This document shows, in pieces, positions 25,728 through 35,763 of a DNA stretch of 60,157 nt. The stretch comes from Nanobdellota archaeon (GTDB lineage Archaea; Nanobdellota; Nanobdellia; Woesearchaeales; SKGA01). The DNA is taken from assembly GCA_051819805.1 (NCBI GenBank), contig JBNJHD010000001.1, forward strand, positions 74,962 through 135,118, given 5' to 3'. The notes beneath the pieces are model-generated. The model was given only the letters and a program-made list of their open reading frames with translations, was not told where the DNA came from and did no database searches. Within the stretch, counting starts at the first letter, position 1; each line of letters opens with the position of its first letter. The position numbers were made by a program, and so were the translations under genes.

Positions 25728-26794
25728 TGATACGACATAAAGAACGACCTGAGGATTTCATCGTTACAGAACTTCCACGAGACGACCTCGTACAGGAAGA
25801 AGCGACAGCGTATCACATCTACCTTCTCGAGAAACGAAACTACACGACAGAACGAGCAGTGACACATATAGTAAAAGCGTTACATATACCGAGAAAGAAC
25901 ATCGCGTATGCAGGAACGAAAGATAAGAATGCAGTGACGAGACAATACATAACGATCAAAGGAGTGTCTAAGGAGAGCGTAGCATCACTGGAACTCAAAG
26001 ACATAACGCTCACTTTCAAAGGATACAGCACAGAAGCGATGAAGCTCGGGCATCTCAAAGGAAATTCGTTCGAGATACTGGTTCGGGGGTTGCCAAGAGA
26101 GTACAAGTTACCGTTTGAACATGCCAAGATGGTTATCGTTCCGAACTATTTCGATAAGCAACGATTCTCAACAGCGAATATTGATATCGGCAAAGCAATC
26201 ATGAAAAAAGAGTATAAACAAGCAGTAGATATTCTCATCAACACAGATCAGGACTGGGCGCAAACGATAACTGAACATCTCCAGAAACAGCAGAACGATT
26301 ACATCGGAGCGCTGAGATTACTTCCCAACAAGACGCTGCTTTTTTTCGTCCACGCACTCCAAAGTAAGATATACAACGATCTGCTCACACAAGAGATAGA
26401 ACATATGTTCACGAGAACACACGACCTCGAATACGATTTCGGAACACTGGCAATCCCTGACATCAACGAACTCCTTGAAACAAGATCCACTTCTCGGTCC
26501 GAACTGCCATTGGTTGGCTATGAAAGCGATCTGACGCGAGAACAAGAAAAAACAGTTGAAGATCAAGGGCTATCAACAAGAAACTTCATCAACAGGTCGA
26601 TACCGCAACTATCGCTTGAAGGATCAAACCGAAAATCATTCACGACAGCAACAGATGTGAAGCTGGAAGAAACGATCAATGATGACGAAAAAACAGTGAA
26701 AGCGACATTCACATTACCGAAAGGATCCTATGCCACAATCGTTCTCAAAACTATTCTCGCAGAGACTCTTGCCACTGAACAATCTGATCTATAA
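25727..26794 (+). CDS. truD: tRNA pseudouridine synthase TruD/Pus7 family
   Basis: AGTKDKNAVTRQYITI motif. Its ATG overlaps the xpd TGA by 1 nt (TGATG). Confidence 0.85.
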   Translation: MIRHKERPEDFIVTELPRDDLVQEEATAYHIYLLEKRNYTTERAVTHIVKALHIPRKNIAYAGTKDKNAVTRQYITIKGVSKESVASLELKDITLTFKGYSTEAMKLGHLKGNSFEILVRGLPREYKLPFEHAKMVIVPNYFDKQRFSTANIDIGKAIMKKEYKQAVDILINTDQDWAQTITEHLQKQQNDYIGALRLLPNKTLLFFVHALQSKIYNDLLTQEIEHMFTRTHDLEYDFGTLAIPDINELLETRSTSRSELPLVGYESDLTREQEKTVEDQGLSTRNFINRSIPQLSLEGSNRKSFTTATDVKLEETINDDEKTVKATFTLPKGSYATIVLKTILAETLATEQSDL

Positions 26795-27428
26795 TCTGAT
26801 CGCTCTCAGTCTTCAAGTTGAAGTCACCAGGAATCTCAAGCGAAGGAACACACTTCTGCTCGAAGAATTCAAGGACAGGAGCTGTCTTTTCATGATAGGT
26901 ATGCAGACGATCACGAATAACTTCAGGCTCATCATCCTTACGACGGACAAGTTTGCCGCCGCACTTATCACAGACTCCTTCCTTCTCAGGGGCTTTGAAT
27001 CTCAGGTGATAGCCTTCATCACAATCCTCACAGATCCTTCGTTGAGATAAGCGATTGACAATAGTCTCATCATCAAGATCGACAATGATAACTCCATCAA
27101 GACCAGTGATGTGTGAGAGGAACTTCGCCTGTTCAAGATCACGAGGAAAACCATCCAGCAAGAACTTCTTACAGACATCAACTTCAGATAAACGACCACG
27201 AATGATTTCTTCAGTTATGTCGTCAGGGATGAGCTTGCCGTGTTCAACTTTATCTTTTATCTCAAGACCTACTTCATCACCTGCATCAATATGATCCCGA
27301 AGCATGTCACCAGTAGAAATATGCGGTATGCTGAGTTTATCTTCAATAAGCTCGCTTATCGTACCCTTGCCAGAACCAGGAGGTCCGATGATGACGAGTT
27401 TGTACTCATATTCTTTTTCATATTCCAT
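26751..27428 (-). CDS. adk: Adenylate kinase with zinc-binding LID
   Basis: IIGPPGSGKGT, and LID CEDCDEGYH..CDKCGGKLVRRKDD. ATG 27428 preferred over the ORF opening at 27512. Confidence 0.9.
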   Translation of the reverse strand: MEYEKEYEYKLVIIGPPGSGKGTISELIEDKLSIPHISTGDMLRDHIDAGDEVGLEIKDKVEHGKLIPDDITEEIIRGRLSEVDVCKKFLLDGFPRDLEQAKFLSHITGLDGVIIVDLDDETIVNRLSQRRICEDCDEGYHLRFKAPEKEGVCDKCGGKLVRRKDDEPEVIRDRLHTYHEKTAPVLEFFEQKCVPSLEIPGDFNLKTESDQIIDQIVQWQESLRE

Positions 27429-27441
27429 TTCAACACCACAC

Positions 27442-27897
27442 TCAACCGAAATATGCCTGTGAAGGCTCTTCACTTTCCTGAAGCTTCCACACAGAAAGTA
27501 TCCTATCAACATACTGCTGCAACTGAGGGTTAACTTCCTTCCAGAAACAGATCAATCTCTTGAGATATTCAAGACGATTATCTTCTGAAGGAGCAAGTGC
27601 GACTTTAAGTGATTCTCTACGGTAATAGGTCAATTGCTTGAATAGAGAATACACTTCTGCACGAGTCGCGTCATCGATAACACTTGACTCTTTCATTGCA
27701 ACTAGTGAAGAATCAGGCTGCAAAAGATTTTCAAGGAATGATGAATACTTATCAAGATAATCGGAAATATGATCTATGAGGATGCTAATAGGATCGTCAC
27801 TATCTTCAAGATCGATATGTCCGAACAGGATTTCTAATTCTCCTTTTGGAGGGAGTCCTCGTTCAACCAAGTGTTGTTCATATACCATTACTACCAC
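27442..27897 (-). CDS. Hypothetical protein (upstream of adk in the same operon)
   Basis: 151-aa ORF with no recognised motif. Confidence 0.55.
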   Translation of the reverse strand: MVVMVYEQHLVERGLPPKGELEILFGHIDLEDSDDPISILIDHISDYLDKYSSFLENLLQPDSSLVAMKESSVIDDATRAEVYSLFKQLTYYRRESLKVALAPSEDNRLEYLKRLICFWKEVNPQLQQYVDRILSVWKLQESEEPSQAYFG

Positions 27898-28023
27898 TCC
27901 TTCAAATGCAACATTGTGGGAGGGTTTACTGTTTTTAAAGCTTATGGAGAGTTCAATTTATAAATGAACTTGCTCACACTCACACAAACCTTTTTAAATG
28001 GCGCGCTCTCAAAACGTATCACT

Positions 28024-28689
28024 ATGGAACTTCTCATGCTAATAGGAATTATAGCAGTGGTGCTCTTGGCAATACTTGCTTTCAAATTATTTCATAGCAT
28101 CCTGAAAGCTACAATAAGTGTTGTTATACTCTTGCTTATCATAGGGCTTGTTGGAGGATTCTTATTGGTCAGCGATGCAAAGGAATTCAAGGACGAGTTC
28201 ACGAGCAATTATTCCACATACGTGCTACAAGAGGATGGCACGTTAATTACTGCGTTTGAAGCGAGAGCGTTCAACTTCACATCATTCAGACCAGTGCACA
28301 CGGATGAATTACCTGAATTTACCGAGAATTTTACAGGGGATCAAATCTATATTTTCATCGATAAAGAAGCGCTAGTCATACCTGAAGATCCTGAAAATGA
28401 GATGGTGATGGGGGTTAAGGGCTTGCTTGAGTCAAAAGATGAGATGATGCGATCACAAGGATTCATGATGGCAGTCACGACAAGCATCATGCAGGAAGGA
28501 CCGACATTCCTCTTCAAGAACATACAAGAAGATGAGATTTCAATACGACCACAAAGAATATCTTTTGCACTCATTGAATATACGCCAAAGAAGGTGTGGG
28601 GTATGGCAGAAGAACAATACAATTTACAAAAACAAAAGATAAAAGGCAATGTGAGTGATGTCAAGAACATGACAAACATCTCCGGCTGA
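28024..28689 (+). CDS. Hypothetical two-TM membrane protein
   Basis: BRE/TATA acaAACCTTTTTAAAtg at 27984-28000 lies inside the longer ORF, so ATG 28024 is preferred. Confidence 0.6.
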   Translation: MELLMLIGIIAVVLLAILAFKLFHSILKATISVVILLLIIGLVGGFLLVSDAKEFKDEFTSNYSTYVLQEDGTLITAFEARAFNFTSFRPVHTDELPEFTENFTGDQIYIFIDKEALVIPEDPENEMVMGVKGLLESKDEMMRSQGFMMAVTTSIMQEGPTFLFKNIQEDEISIRPQRISFALIEYTPKKVWGMAEEQYNLQKQKIKGNVSDVKNMTNISG

Positions 28690-28707
28690 TACAAAAAAAT
28701 ACTGGTG

Positions 28708-29370
28708 ATGCTCATGAGTTTTTTGGATAAATTGCAATTCTGGAAACACTCTGAAAAAGATGATATGTTCTCAGATTCGGGATCGGATATGGATTTTGAT
28801 ACTTCATTCACAGGAGCGAATGAACAATCAGGATTCTCGCAAGGGATGGATTCACAAGGAGTGACTGGACAATCCGGAGATCTGCCCCCGCTTGATATGT
28901 CAAGCAACGATCCGCAACAACAAGCAGGACAGAACTACGACCCGATGCAACAGAACATGAACTCAGACAGTTTTGTCAATCCGAATGCGCACTTGAATCA
29001 GCCGCAAGCACAAGATCAAAATCAGCAACAATTTCCGCAGCAACAGACTGGTAGTGAGCAAGTGACAATGGCAACCGATGATGGTGAGAGGAAAATCGGA
29101 AAGCAACTTGCAGAAGAATACATGAACCACCAATCACGATATGAACAGGGTGCAAGCGGACAGCAAAATATCAGTGGACCGGATTCTGTGCAGCAAGGTA
29201 ATCAGGGAATGGCTTCACAACAAGGCTATGGTGGTAAGCCAACGCTTGAGCACAGTCTTGAGCTTATCAACGTAAAACTAGATTCTCTGAAAAACGCTAC
29301 TGATGCGATAGCACAGCGACTGCTCAAGATAGAAAATGAAATCGAGAAAGAACGCAAACGGACTTGGTAA
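28708..29370 (+). CDS. Gln/Asn-rich low-complexity protein with C-terminal coiled coil
   Basis: Q/N-rich centre ([30 protein letters not shown]). C-terminus [30 protein letters not shown]. Confidence 0.55.
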   Translation: MLMSFLDKLQFWKHSEKDDMFSDSGSDMDFDTSFTGANEQSGFSQGMDSQGVTGQSGDLPPLDMSSNDPQQQAGQNYDPMQQNMNSDSFVNPNAHLNQPQAQDQNQQQFPQQQTGSEQVTMATDDGERKIGKQLAEEYMNHQSRYEQGASGQQNISGPDSVQQGNQGMASQQGYGGKPTLEHSLELINVKLDSLKNATDAIAQRLLKIENEIEKERKRTW

Positions 29371-29878
29371 TTCCGACAAACGCATTCCATTCCTTTATCT
29401 TCTCATTGCAGCAATAGTGCTTATCATCGATTTCTTCACAAAATATATTATCAAGATGCAAGATGTCCGTACAGAAGGGATTGTAGCGATAACACCAATT
29501 ACCAACAAAGGATCCTTGTTCTCCTTATTCTCGAACTATACTTCAATCAACATAATCTTTATCATACTCAGCATTATTGCAGTCGTTCTCATAACACTCA
29601 TACTCAGAAATGATAACGAACTCAATTCAAAAAAACTTGTTGTTATAGGGCTGGGTTCGATACTCGGCGGAGTGCTCGGAAATCTTTATGATAGGATATT
29701 CTACGGAGCAGTCTTTGACTGGATCAACTTGCACTTCTGGCCAGTATTCAACATCGCAGATACAGGTATTGTTGTCGGAGTTATACTTGCAATACTCACG
29801 TTGCTACCAAAACCGAAAAAACGATCTTTTCTCGGAAAAACATTCAAAAGGCAGAAACGAAAAGCTGTGAAACCATGA
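29336..29878 (+). CDS. lspA: Lipoprotein signal peptidase (signal peptidase II)
   Basis: [24 protein letters not shown] and [11 protein letters not shown] motifs, including both catalytic-Asp contexts. Confidence 0.8.
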   Translation: MKSRKNANGLGNSDKRIPFLYLLIAAIVLIIDFFTKYIIKMQDVRTEGIVAITPITNKGSLFSLFSNYTSINIIFIILSIIAVVLITLILRNDNELNSKKLVVIGLGSILGGVLGNLYDRIFYGAVFDWINLHFWPVFNIADTGIVVGVILAILTLLPKPKKRSFLGKTFKRQKRKAVKP

Positions 29879-30405
29879 ATGTGACACTTGTACGCCACGG
29901 ACAGACGAACTATAATGTCAAAGGTCTCTGTAGTGAAAGTCCTGGAACGAATGTGCACTTGACGTTGAAAGGAGAATTACAAGCCAAACTTCTCGCGAAG
30001 CAGTTACAGGATAATACATTCGATATGATCTACACGTCAGAACTGTATCGAACACAACAGACTGCTGAACTCATCAACAAATATCACAAAGCACCGCATA
30101 AAACCGACGGCAGACTCAACGACCGCTATACTGGTTTCGATGGCAAACCGATCAATGACTTCTACGAAACGATACGACACGACCCTCTCCATGCAAGACC
30201 TCCAGGAGGAGAGACCTTACAGGAAGCAAAACAACGAGTGAACGAGTTTCTCAACGAATTGAAAACGAAACACTATGATAATGTGCTTATTGTCACGCAC
30301 AGCATTGTTGTCAAGCTACTTCTCCTGCTTATTCAAGGTAAATCTGATAATGCGATTTTCGCAATGGAGATCTCCCCTGGAAGTGCAAGGACGATCACGA
30401 TCTAA
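29875..30405 (+). CDS. Histidine phosphatase (phosphoglycerate mutase superfamily)
   Basis: N-terminal [10 protein letters not shown] (RHG motif) and a later THS motif. 4-nt overlap with lspA. Confidence 0.8.
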   Translation: MNVTLVRHGQTNYNVKGLCSESPGTNVHLTLKGELQAKLLAKQLQDNTFDMIYTSELYRTQQTAELINKYHKAPHKTDGRLNDRYTGFDGKPINDFYETIRHDPLHARPPGGETLQEAKQRVNEFLNELKTKHYDNVLIVTHSIVVKLLLLLIQGKSDNAIFAMEISPGSARTITI

Positions 30406-30462
30406 ACGAGTTATTTTCATCCGACAAGTATTTAAACTACCCATAGTTTCAAGGTATCTACT

Positions 30463-30810
30463 ATGGCAAAGAAGCCCACTTATGAAGAATTACGAAAACA
30501 ACGAGAAATGGAAGAGATCAGAAGGGTCAGGCTTCCACGCGACGATGAAGTGATGGGTCTTCTAGTTGCACGACTAGGCGGAAGCAGGTGTCGTGTGCTG
30601 TGCATGGATGGAAAAGAACGAATATGCCGTATTCCCGGACGACTCAAGAGATCGCTATGGGTAAGGGAAAATGATATCGTGCTTATCAAACCGTGGGAAT
30701 TCGGCGGAGACGAGAAAGGAGATATCATCTTCAAATACCGACCATCGCAAGCGAAATGGTTGCGGCGAAAAGGTTATCTCGACGATCTGGAATCCATGGA
30801 TGAATTCTAA
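30463..30810 (+). CDS. eif1a: Translation initiation factor aIF-1A
   Basis: S1/OB core GGSRCRVLCMDGKERICRIPGRLKRSLWVRENDIVLIKPWEF. Confidence 0.9.
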   Translation: MAKKPTYEELRKQREMEEIRRVRLPRDDEVMGLLVARLGGSRCRVLCMDGKERICRIPGRLKRSLWVRENDIVLIKPWEFGGDEKGDIIFKYRPSQAKWLRRKGYLDDLESMDEF

Positions 30811-30878
30811 GCGTTTGCATATTCGTATCGAGTCGCACTCGATAAAATATATAAACTCTAGATTCTTCTCTCAAGATA

Positions 30879-31367
30879 ATGGATGTTTTCAAAGAATATA
30901 ATCTCAATCTGCCTCAAGAGAAGCGCATGATTATAGATGGTAGGATCGATAAACGAGCAGTAGGATTTCTTATTGATCTAGTACTGCTCTATATCCTAAT
31001 ACTACCACCTCTTTCAAAATTGGTTGTTGGAGCACCACAAGGTATTAGTGGTATTTTCAACTATGTAACTTCCATCCCTTTAGGTGTTCTCACAATCATC
31101 AGTGCAACAGCCGGACTCGCACTTTTACTATATTTTTCATTGTTCGAGCACTATCTCGGCTATACGCCAGGTATGAGGCTTATGGGACTGCAGACACAAA
31201 CACTCTCGCTCTCACAAGCATTCATGAGAAACCTCTTTGTAGTACCTGTATTTCCCTTTTCCCTACTTTTTATCCTAGAACTCTATTACTTGTTCAAATA
31301 CAAGCAACGATTCCTCGAACAGGTATCGGATACAAAAACAATAGAAGTGCTTACATATTCAACATGA
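30879..31367 (+). CDS. RDD-family membrane protein
   Basis: Starts with a DGRIDKRAVGFLIDL pattern, followed by three TM helices. Confidence 0.65.
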   Translation: MDVFKEYNLNLPQEKRMIIDGRIDKRAVGFLIDLVLLYILILPPLSKLVVGAPQGISGIFNYVTSIPLGVLTIISATAGLALLLYFSLFEHYLGYTPGMRLMGLQTQTLSLSQAFMRNLFVVPVFPFSLLFILELYYLFKYKQRFLEQVSDTKTIEVLTYST

Positions 31368-31388
31368 TATTAACGGATGTGAAACGCT

Positions 31389-32354
31389 ATGCCATCAAAA
31401 AAGACTTCAAAGAAACAACAGGAAATACCGATTACAATCAAGCCACGGCGAAACTCGCTATTCACGACAATAACGATAGTAGTTTTCTTGCTCTTACTGG
31501 TAAGCATAATTTCAGGATGCACGTCACTGCTTTTACCTGAAGAAGAAACTGGTAATGTGGCTGTCATTCCCATACACGGGATTATTGCTCCTTCAAGCTC
31601 ATCAAATACATTCAACGAAATGACTGCAAAAAGCTCCACGATAGTGAAGCTTATCGAAGAGGCGGATGAGAATGCTGAAATAAAAGCGATCGTGCTTGAC
31701 ATCAATTCAGGAGGAGGAGCACCGGTAGCATCGGCGGAAATCGCGCAAGCAATTGATGATGCTAAGAAACCGACCATAGCATGGATTCGGGATGTCGGCG
31801 CAAGCGGTGCGTACTGGATAGCATCAGCAACAGATACTATTGTCGCTCATGAACTTTCAACAACCGGATCGATAGGAGTGACTGGTTCATACATAGAATT
31901 TTCAGGATTGCTCAATGATTACAATGTAACCTACAACAGGCAAGTATCGGGATATTATAAGGATATGGGAACACCGCTCAAAGAAATGACGCCTTCAGAA
32001 GAACGAATATTTCAGGACTTGCTTGGTCAAATGCATGATGTATTCATCAGGCAAGTTGCTGCTAACAGGAACATGTCAGTAGAACAAGTTGACGAGCTTG
32101 CTGACGGACGAGTGTACCTCGGTCTTGAAGCGAAAGAGAATGGACTTGTCGATGCACTTGGTAGCAAGAACGAGGTGCAAACTATAGTCGCATCTTATAT
32201 CAATGAAACAGTGGCTTTCAGGAATTTCTATCCTAAACAATCATTTCTTGATGTCTTGCCTTCTATATCGGCAGGTTTTGCCCAGAACATAGGTAAGGGG
32301 ATGGGTGAACAACTGACTGAAACAAGTGCTGCGCAGCAACGACCACGAATATGA
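31389..32354 (+). CDS. sppA: Signal peptide peptidase SppA (S49 family), lipobox-bearing
   Basis: INSGGGAPVAS and GASGAYWIA motifs. N-terminus LLLVSIISGC resembles a lipobox. Confidence 0.8.
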   Translation: MPSKKTSKKQQEIPITIKPRRNSLFTTITIVVFLLLLVSIISGCTSLLLPEEETGNVAVIPIHGIIAPSSSSNTFNEMTAKSSTIVKLIEEADENAEIKAIVLDINSGGGAPVASAEIAQAIDDAKKPTIAWIRDVGASGAYWIASATDTIVAHELSTTGSIGVTGSYIEFSGLLNDYNVTYNRQVSGYYKDMGTPLKEMTPSEERIFQDLLGQMHDVFIRQVAANRNMSVEQVDELADGRVYLGLEAKENGLVDALGSKNEVQTIVASYINETVAFRNFYPKQSFLDVLPSISAGFAQNIGKGMGEQLTETSAAQQRPRI

Positions 32355-32455
32355 GTTTCACCTATTTTTTTATTATTCTCACTTTCATTTGAACATTGAA
32401 TCGTATATTGACTCATATTTTTCAAGACTTATTTAACTTAGTTTTTAGATTTTGT

Positions 32456-32959
32456 TTAGTTGTATGATAGAAATAGTTCTAATTTTTCAATCAGTATTGG
32501 GAGAAAATCGTTCGGTTTTTCTTTAATTATTTGTCTTATTTCATCTTGTGAAAACCATTTTATCCGTTCTACTTCCTCATCTTGCTTTTCAAATTCTTCA
32601 ATTGACTTATCTACTTTCGCAATAAACCATTGGCAGAAATAATGATTTTCTTTTTTCACTTCTTCTTTGAAAATTGTTTTCATCTCAAAATCAGTGAGGT
32701 TTATTTCTTCTTCTGCTTCTTTGATGATATTTGATTCATACGATTCGCCTTTATCATTTGTTCCTGCAACTGCAGGACCCCATTTACCAGGATGGTTTCT
32801 TTTAGTGAACGCTCTTTGTGCTAAAAGTATGTCTCCTTTAGAATTGTTGACCCATAATGCTGATACTCTGTAAATATCGTCTTTATTGAGCGTTCCTCTT
32901 TCTTTATGACCTATAGGCTTATCGTTTTTATCAACAATGATTATTTGTTCTTCAGTCAT
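32456..32959 (-). CDS. Nudix hydrolase
   Basis: Nudix box GTNDKGESYESNIIKEAEEEINL. Confidence 0.75.
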   Translation of the reverse strand: MTEEQIIIVDKNDKPIGHKERGTLNKDDIYRVSALWVNNSKGDILLAQRAFTKRNHPGKWGPAVAGTNDKGESYESNIIKEAEEEINLTDFEMKTIFKEEVKKENHYFCQWFIAKVDKSIEEFEKQDEEVERIKWFSQDEIRQIIKEKPNDFLPILIEKLELFLSYN

Positions 32960-33055
32960 ATTCTCTGATGAATATTTTTTATATATAAGAGTTTGTACTT
33001 TTAAAGAATCAATTAAGAATCAGATTACATCAAGTAAAAAAGAAAAAGGATGTGT

Positions 33056-33541
33056 TCACTCATCATCCTCATCATCGTCTTCACGACGGATAACCTTGAC
33101 AGCATCCATGCGAAGAGTGATAGGAATAGGAACAGCAGCTTCAAGAAGCTCGACAACAACCTCTTCTTTCTGACGATCGATACGAGATACTTTAGCTTTC
33201 TCGCGCTTGAACGCACCACTGATAATCTCGACGATATCGTTCTTCTTGATATTCATTTCTTTGGAGACTTGCTCAAGCATGTGATCGATCTCGTCGTAAC
33301 CGACAACGCTAGGGAGTATTCCTTTAGCGTAAGGTACACCGAATGCTGCCTGTTCAGCATCGCTACGACTACCTGCTTCAACGAAGATGTAACCGCGCAT
33401 ACCGTGTGGTCTAACGATGGAATAGACTTCCAGCTTCTTACGCTTAACATTGCTAGCTAGGAAACTGAGAACCTGGTCTTCGCGGTTAGCAGTCGTCCTT
33501 AATGCATAAATCTGAGCTTCTTGAGGTTGTTCGTCTGTCAC
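33056..33541 (-). CDS. spt5: Transcription elongation factor Spt5 (NusG homolog) with acidic tail
   Basis: NGN domain (IYALRTTANREDQV), KOW (KKNDIVEIISGAFKREKAKV), C-terminus DDDEDDE. Confidence 0.85.
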   Translation of the reverse strand: MTDEQPQEAQIYALRTTANREDQVLSFLASNVKRKKLEVYSIVRPHGMRGYIFVEAGSRSDAEQAAFGVPYAKGILPSVVGYDEIDHMLEQVSKEMNIKKNDIVEIISGAFKREKAKVSRIDRQKEEVVVELLEAAVPIPITLRMDAVKVIRREDDDEDDE

Positions 33542-33580
33542 TTCAAACTCACCTTGTGATGATTATATGATTATATATGT

Positions 33581-33751
33581 CTAGATGAAATGATCAATCA
33601 AATGAATCAGGAAACCAATAAGACCAATAAGCAAGATACCTAGACCTGAAACTTTCAGGATTGCCTTATACTCGTCTTGGGATGGTTTCTTGGTAACTTT
33701 GAACACCCTGACACATTCCTTGTAAAATGATTTCAATTTACGTGATTTCAT
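33581..33751 (-). CDS. secE: Preprotein translocase subunit SecE (Sec61 gamma)
   Basis: About 56 aa with a single C-terminal TM helix. Position between ftsZ and spt5 matches the conserved archaeal synteny. Confidence 0.7.
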   Translation of the reverse strand: MKSRKLKSFYKECVRVFKVTKKPSQDEYKAILKVSGLGILLIGLIGFLIHLIDHFI

Positions 33752-33830
33752 CGTAACTCTCACTAGGAGAAAACGCTCTCTTTTAAATATATTGTTTTCA
33801 CAGTGTAGTATGGGTATTATGGGTGTATGT

Positions 33831-34952
33831 TCATATGAATTCGATACCTAGGTCGGTCTCGATTTCTTTTTTACCCTCGAACTTATCGGATTGTCGACCA
33901 GTGATTTGAGAACTCTTGACACCGGTTACGATAAGCATGACACGAATAGTATTCTCCAAATCCTCGCTGATCTGTGCACCCCAGATTATTTTAGCATCGT
34001 CAGATAACCGTTCGCTGATAGCCTCAACAACAGTCCTTGCTTCTTCAAGACGAAGATCAGAACCTCCTGCAACATTAATAAGTGCGCCATTAGCACCTGC
34101 GATATCAACATCGAGAAGTGGATTGTTCACTGCCTTATCAACGGCTTCAGTAGCTCGCTGGTCAGTATCGGACTCGCCGACACCGATAAGAGCGACACCA
34201 CCATCACCCATGACTGCACGAATATCTGCAAAGTCTAGGTTGACAAGACCTGCCTTCGTGACTAGCTCTGCGATGCCTTTGACCGCGTTAGTGAGAATCT
34301 CGTCAGCGACCTTGAATGCAGTGTGTAGCGGAAGATCGTGAGCGATTTCAAGAAGCTTATCGTTAGGAATGACAATGAGTGTATCAACATTCTTCTCAAG
34401 CATTTCAAGACCGAACATGGCGTTTTCACGACGCCTGCCACCTTCCATCTCGAATGGGATGGTGACGATAGCAACTGTCAATGCGCCTGCTTTCTTTGCG
34501 ATTTCAGCAACCACAGGAGCAGAACCTGTACCAGTACCTCCACCTAGACCGCATGTGATGAACACGAGGTCGCTGCCTTGGATGCTGTTTCGGATGTCTG
34601 CTTCAGATTCCTTAGCAGATTCCATACCTACTTTCGGCTGACCACCTGCACCAAGACCTTTGGTCAAGTCACGTCCTATGAGCACTTTCTTATCCGCACT
34701 CGTATACAAAAGATCCTGAGCATCAGTGTTGACAGCGATAGTTTCTGTCCCTATGACTCCTACTTCAGAAATCCTGTTGATTGTGTTACACCCACTACCT
34801 CCTGCTCCTATGACTTTGATACTTGCTTTTTGGTTAGAAAGAAGTTCTTCAAGTTCCTGATCGACAACGTTATCGGGCATCTTGAGCTGTTCTCTTGGTT
34901 CTTGACGTTTACTATCCTGATTATCTTTTGCATCCTGAATAAATGAATCCAA
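33831..34952 (-). CDS. ftsZ: Cell division GTPase FtsZ
   Basis: GAGGSGCNT and GLGGGTGTGSAPV tubulin signature. TTG 34952 is preceded by GGAGGG at 8-nt spacing; the ORF opens at GTG 34970. Confidence 0.9.
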   Translation of the reverse strand: MDSFIQDAKDNQDSKRQEPREQLKMPDNVVDQELEELLSNQKASIKVIGAGGSGCNTINRISEVGVIGTETIAVNTDAQDLLYTSADKKVLIGRDLTKGLGAGGQPKVGMESAKESEADIRNSIQGSDLVFITCGLGGGTGTGSAPVVAEIAKKAGALTVAIVTIPFEMEGGRRRENAMFGLEMLEKNVDTLIVIPNDKLLEIAHDLPLHTAFKVADEILTNAVKGIAELVTKAGLVNLDFADIRAVMGDGGVALIGVGESDTDQRATEAVDKAVNNPLLDVDIAGANGALINVAGGSDLRLEEARTVVEAISERLSDDAKIIWGAQISEDLENTIRVMLIVTGVKSSQITGRQSDKFEGKKEIETDLGIEFI

Positions 34953-35179
34953 TGTAATTTCCCTCCGCACACCTTTTCAAACATACTATGACTTTGTGAT
35001 ACTGATGTCTTGAAACATCCTATTGCGTTTTTCAGGTCTGAATTCTCCCCTCACAGACCTGTTATCACTAGAATTAATGTCATTATCTATATTTATAAAT
35101 CTTTGTATTGGTATACTTGATTATTACTTTTTGACAGGACCTATAGTATTCTTGTTTTGCAGTTCTCTATATTGCTATG

Positions 35180-35527
35180 TCATGCCGTGTCGCGATACGT
35201 TTTTTTAAATGGGTTGATTATTCTCTTCAGTTTATTCATGGGTCTGATCGGTTGGTGAAAGTATTCTCTGAAGTCTGTTTCGTGAGTGAGAAAAAAATCA
35301 TCGATTGTTTCTTTATTCTGTTTTCTTTTTTCAGAAAATGCTAATTCCAAATCATAATCGCAAGCTTGACGATATTGTGTGTATTGTTCAGCAATAGATT
35401 TCCTGATAGTCTCCACTTCGTTAAAATGTTTATCTTCATAGTGTTCAATACTGCCTAACAAACAATACTCGAGAATATGGATCTGATCTTCCATACTCAA
35501 ATGAGTGTTTTCTTGTTCCATCATCAC
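35180..35527 (-). CDS. Hypothetical protein
   Basis: 115-aa ORF with no recognised motif. Confidence 0.45.
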   Translation of the reverse strand: MMMEQENTHLSMEDQIHILEYCLLGSIEHYEDKHFNEVETIRKSIAEQYTQYRQACDYDLELAFSEKRKQNKETIDDFFLTHETDFREYFHQPIRPMNKLKRIINPFKKTYRDTA

Positions 35528-35763
35528 ACCACCTGTATGCTATATTTACTCTAGTTTATAGGCATGGGTGCAACACAATAAGAAGCATCAATACGTTTCT
35601 TTGCCCAATACATACTTCAGTCATCTTTCATTTATAAGTATTGGTATATACTTGTCCTCAATCAAAGGTAACTTTTGATCTTTTGTTTTTGATGGATTAT
35701 CGATACGTCCTTTATCAAGAATACTACTACAAAGAAGATAAAAAAATAAAAGCCAGTCAGTGA

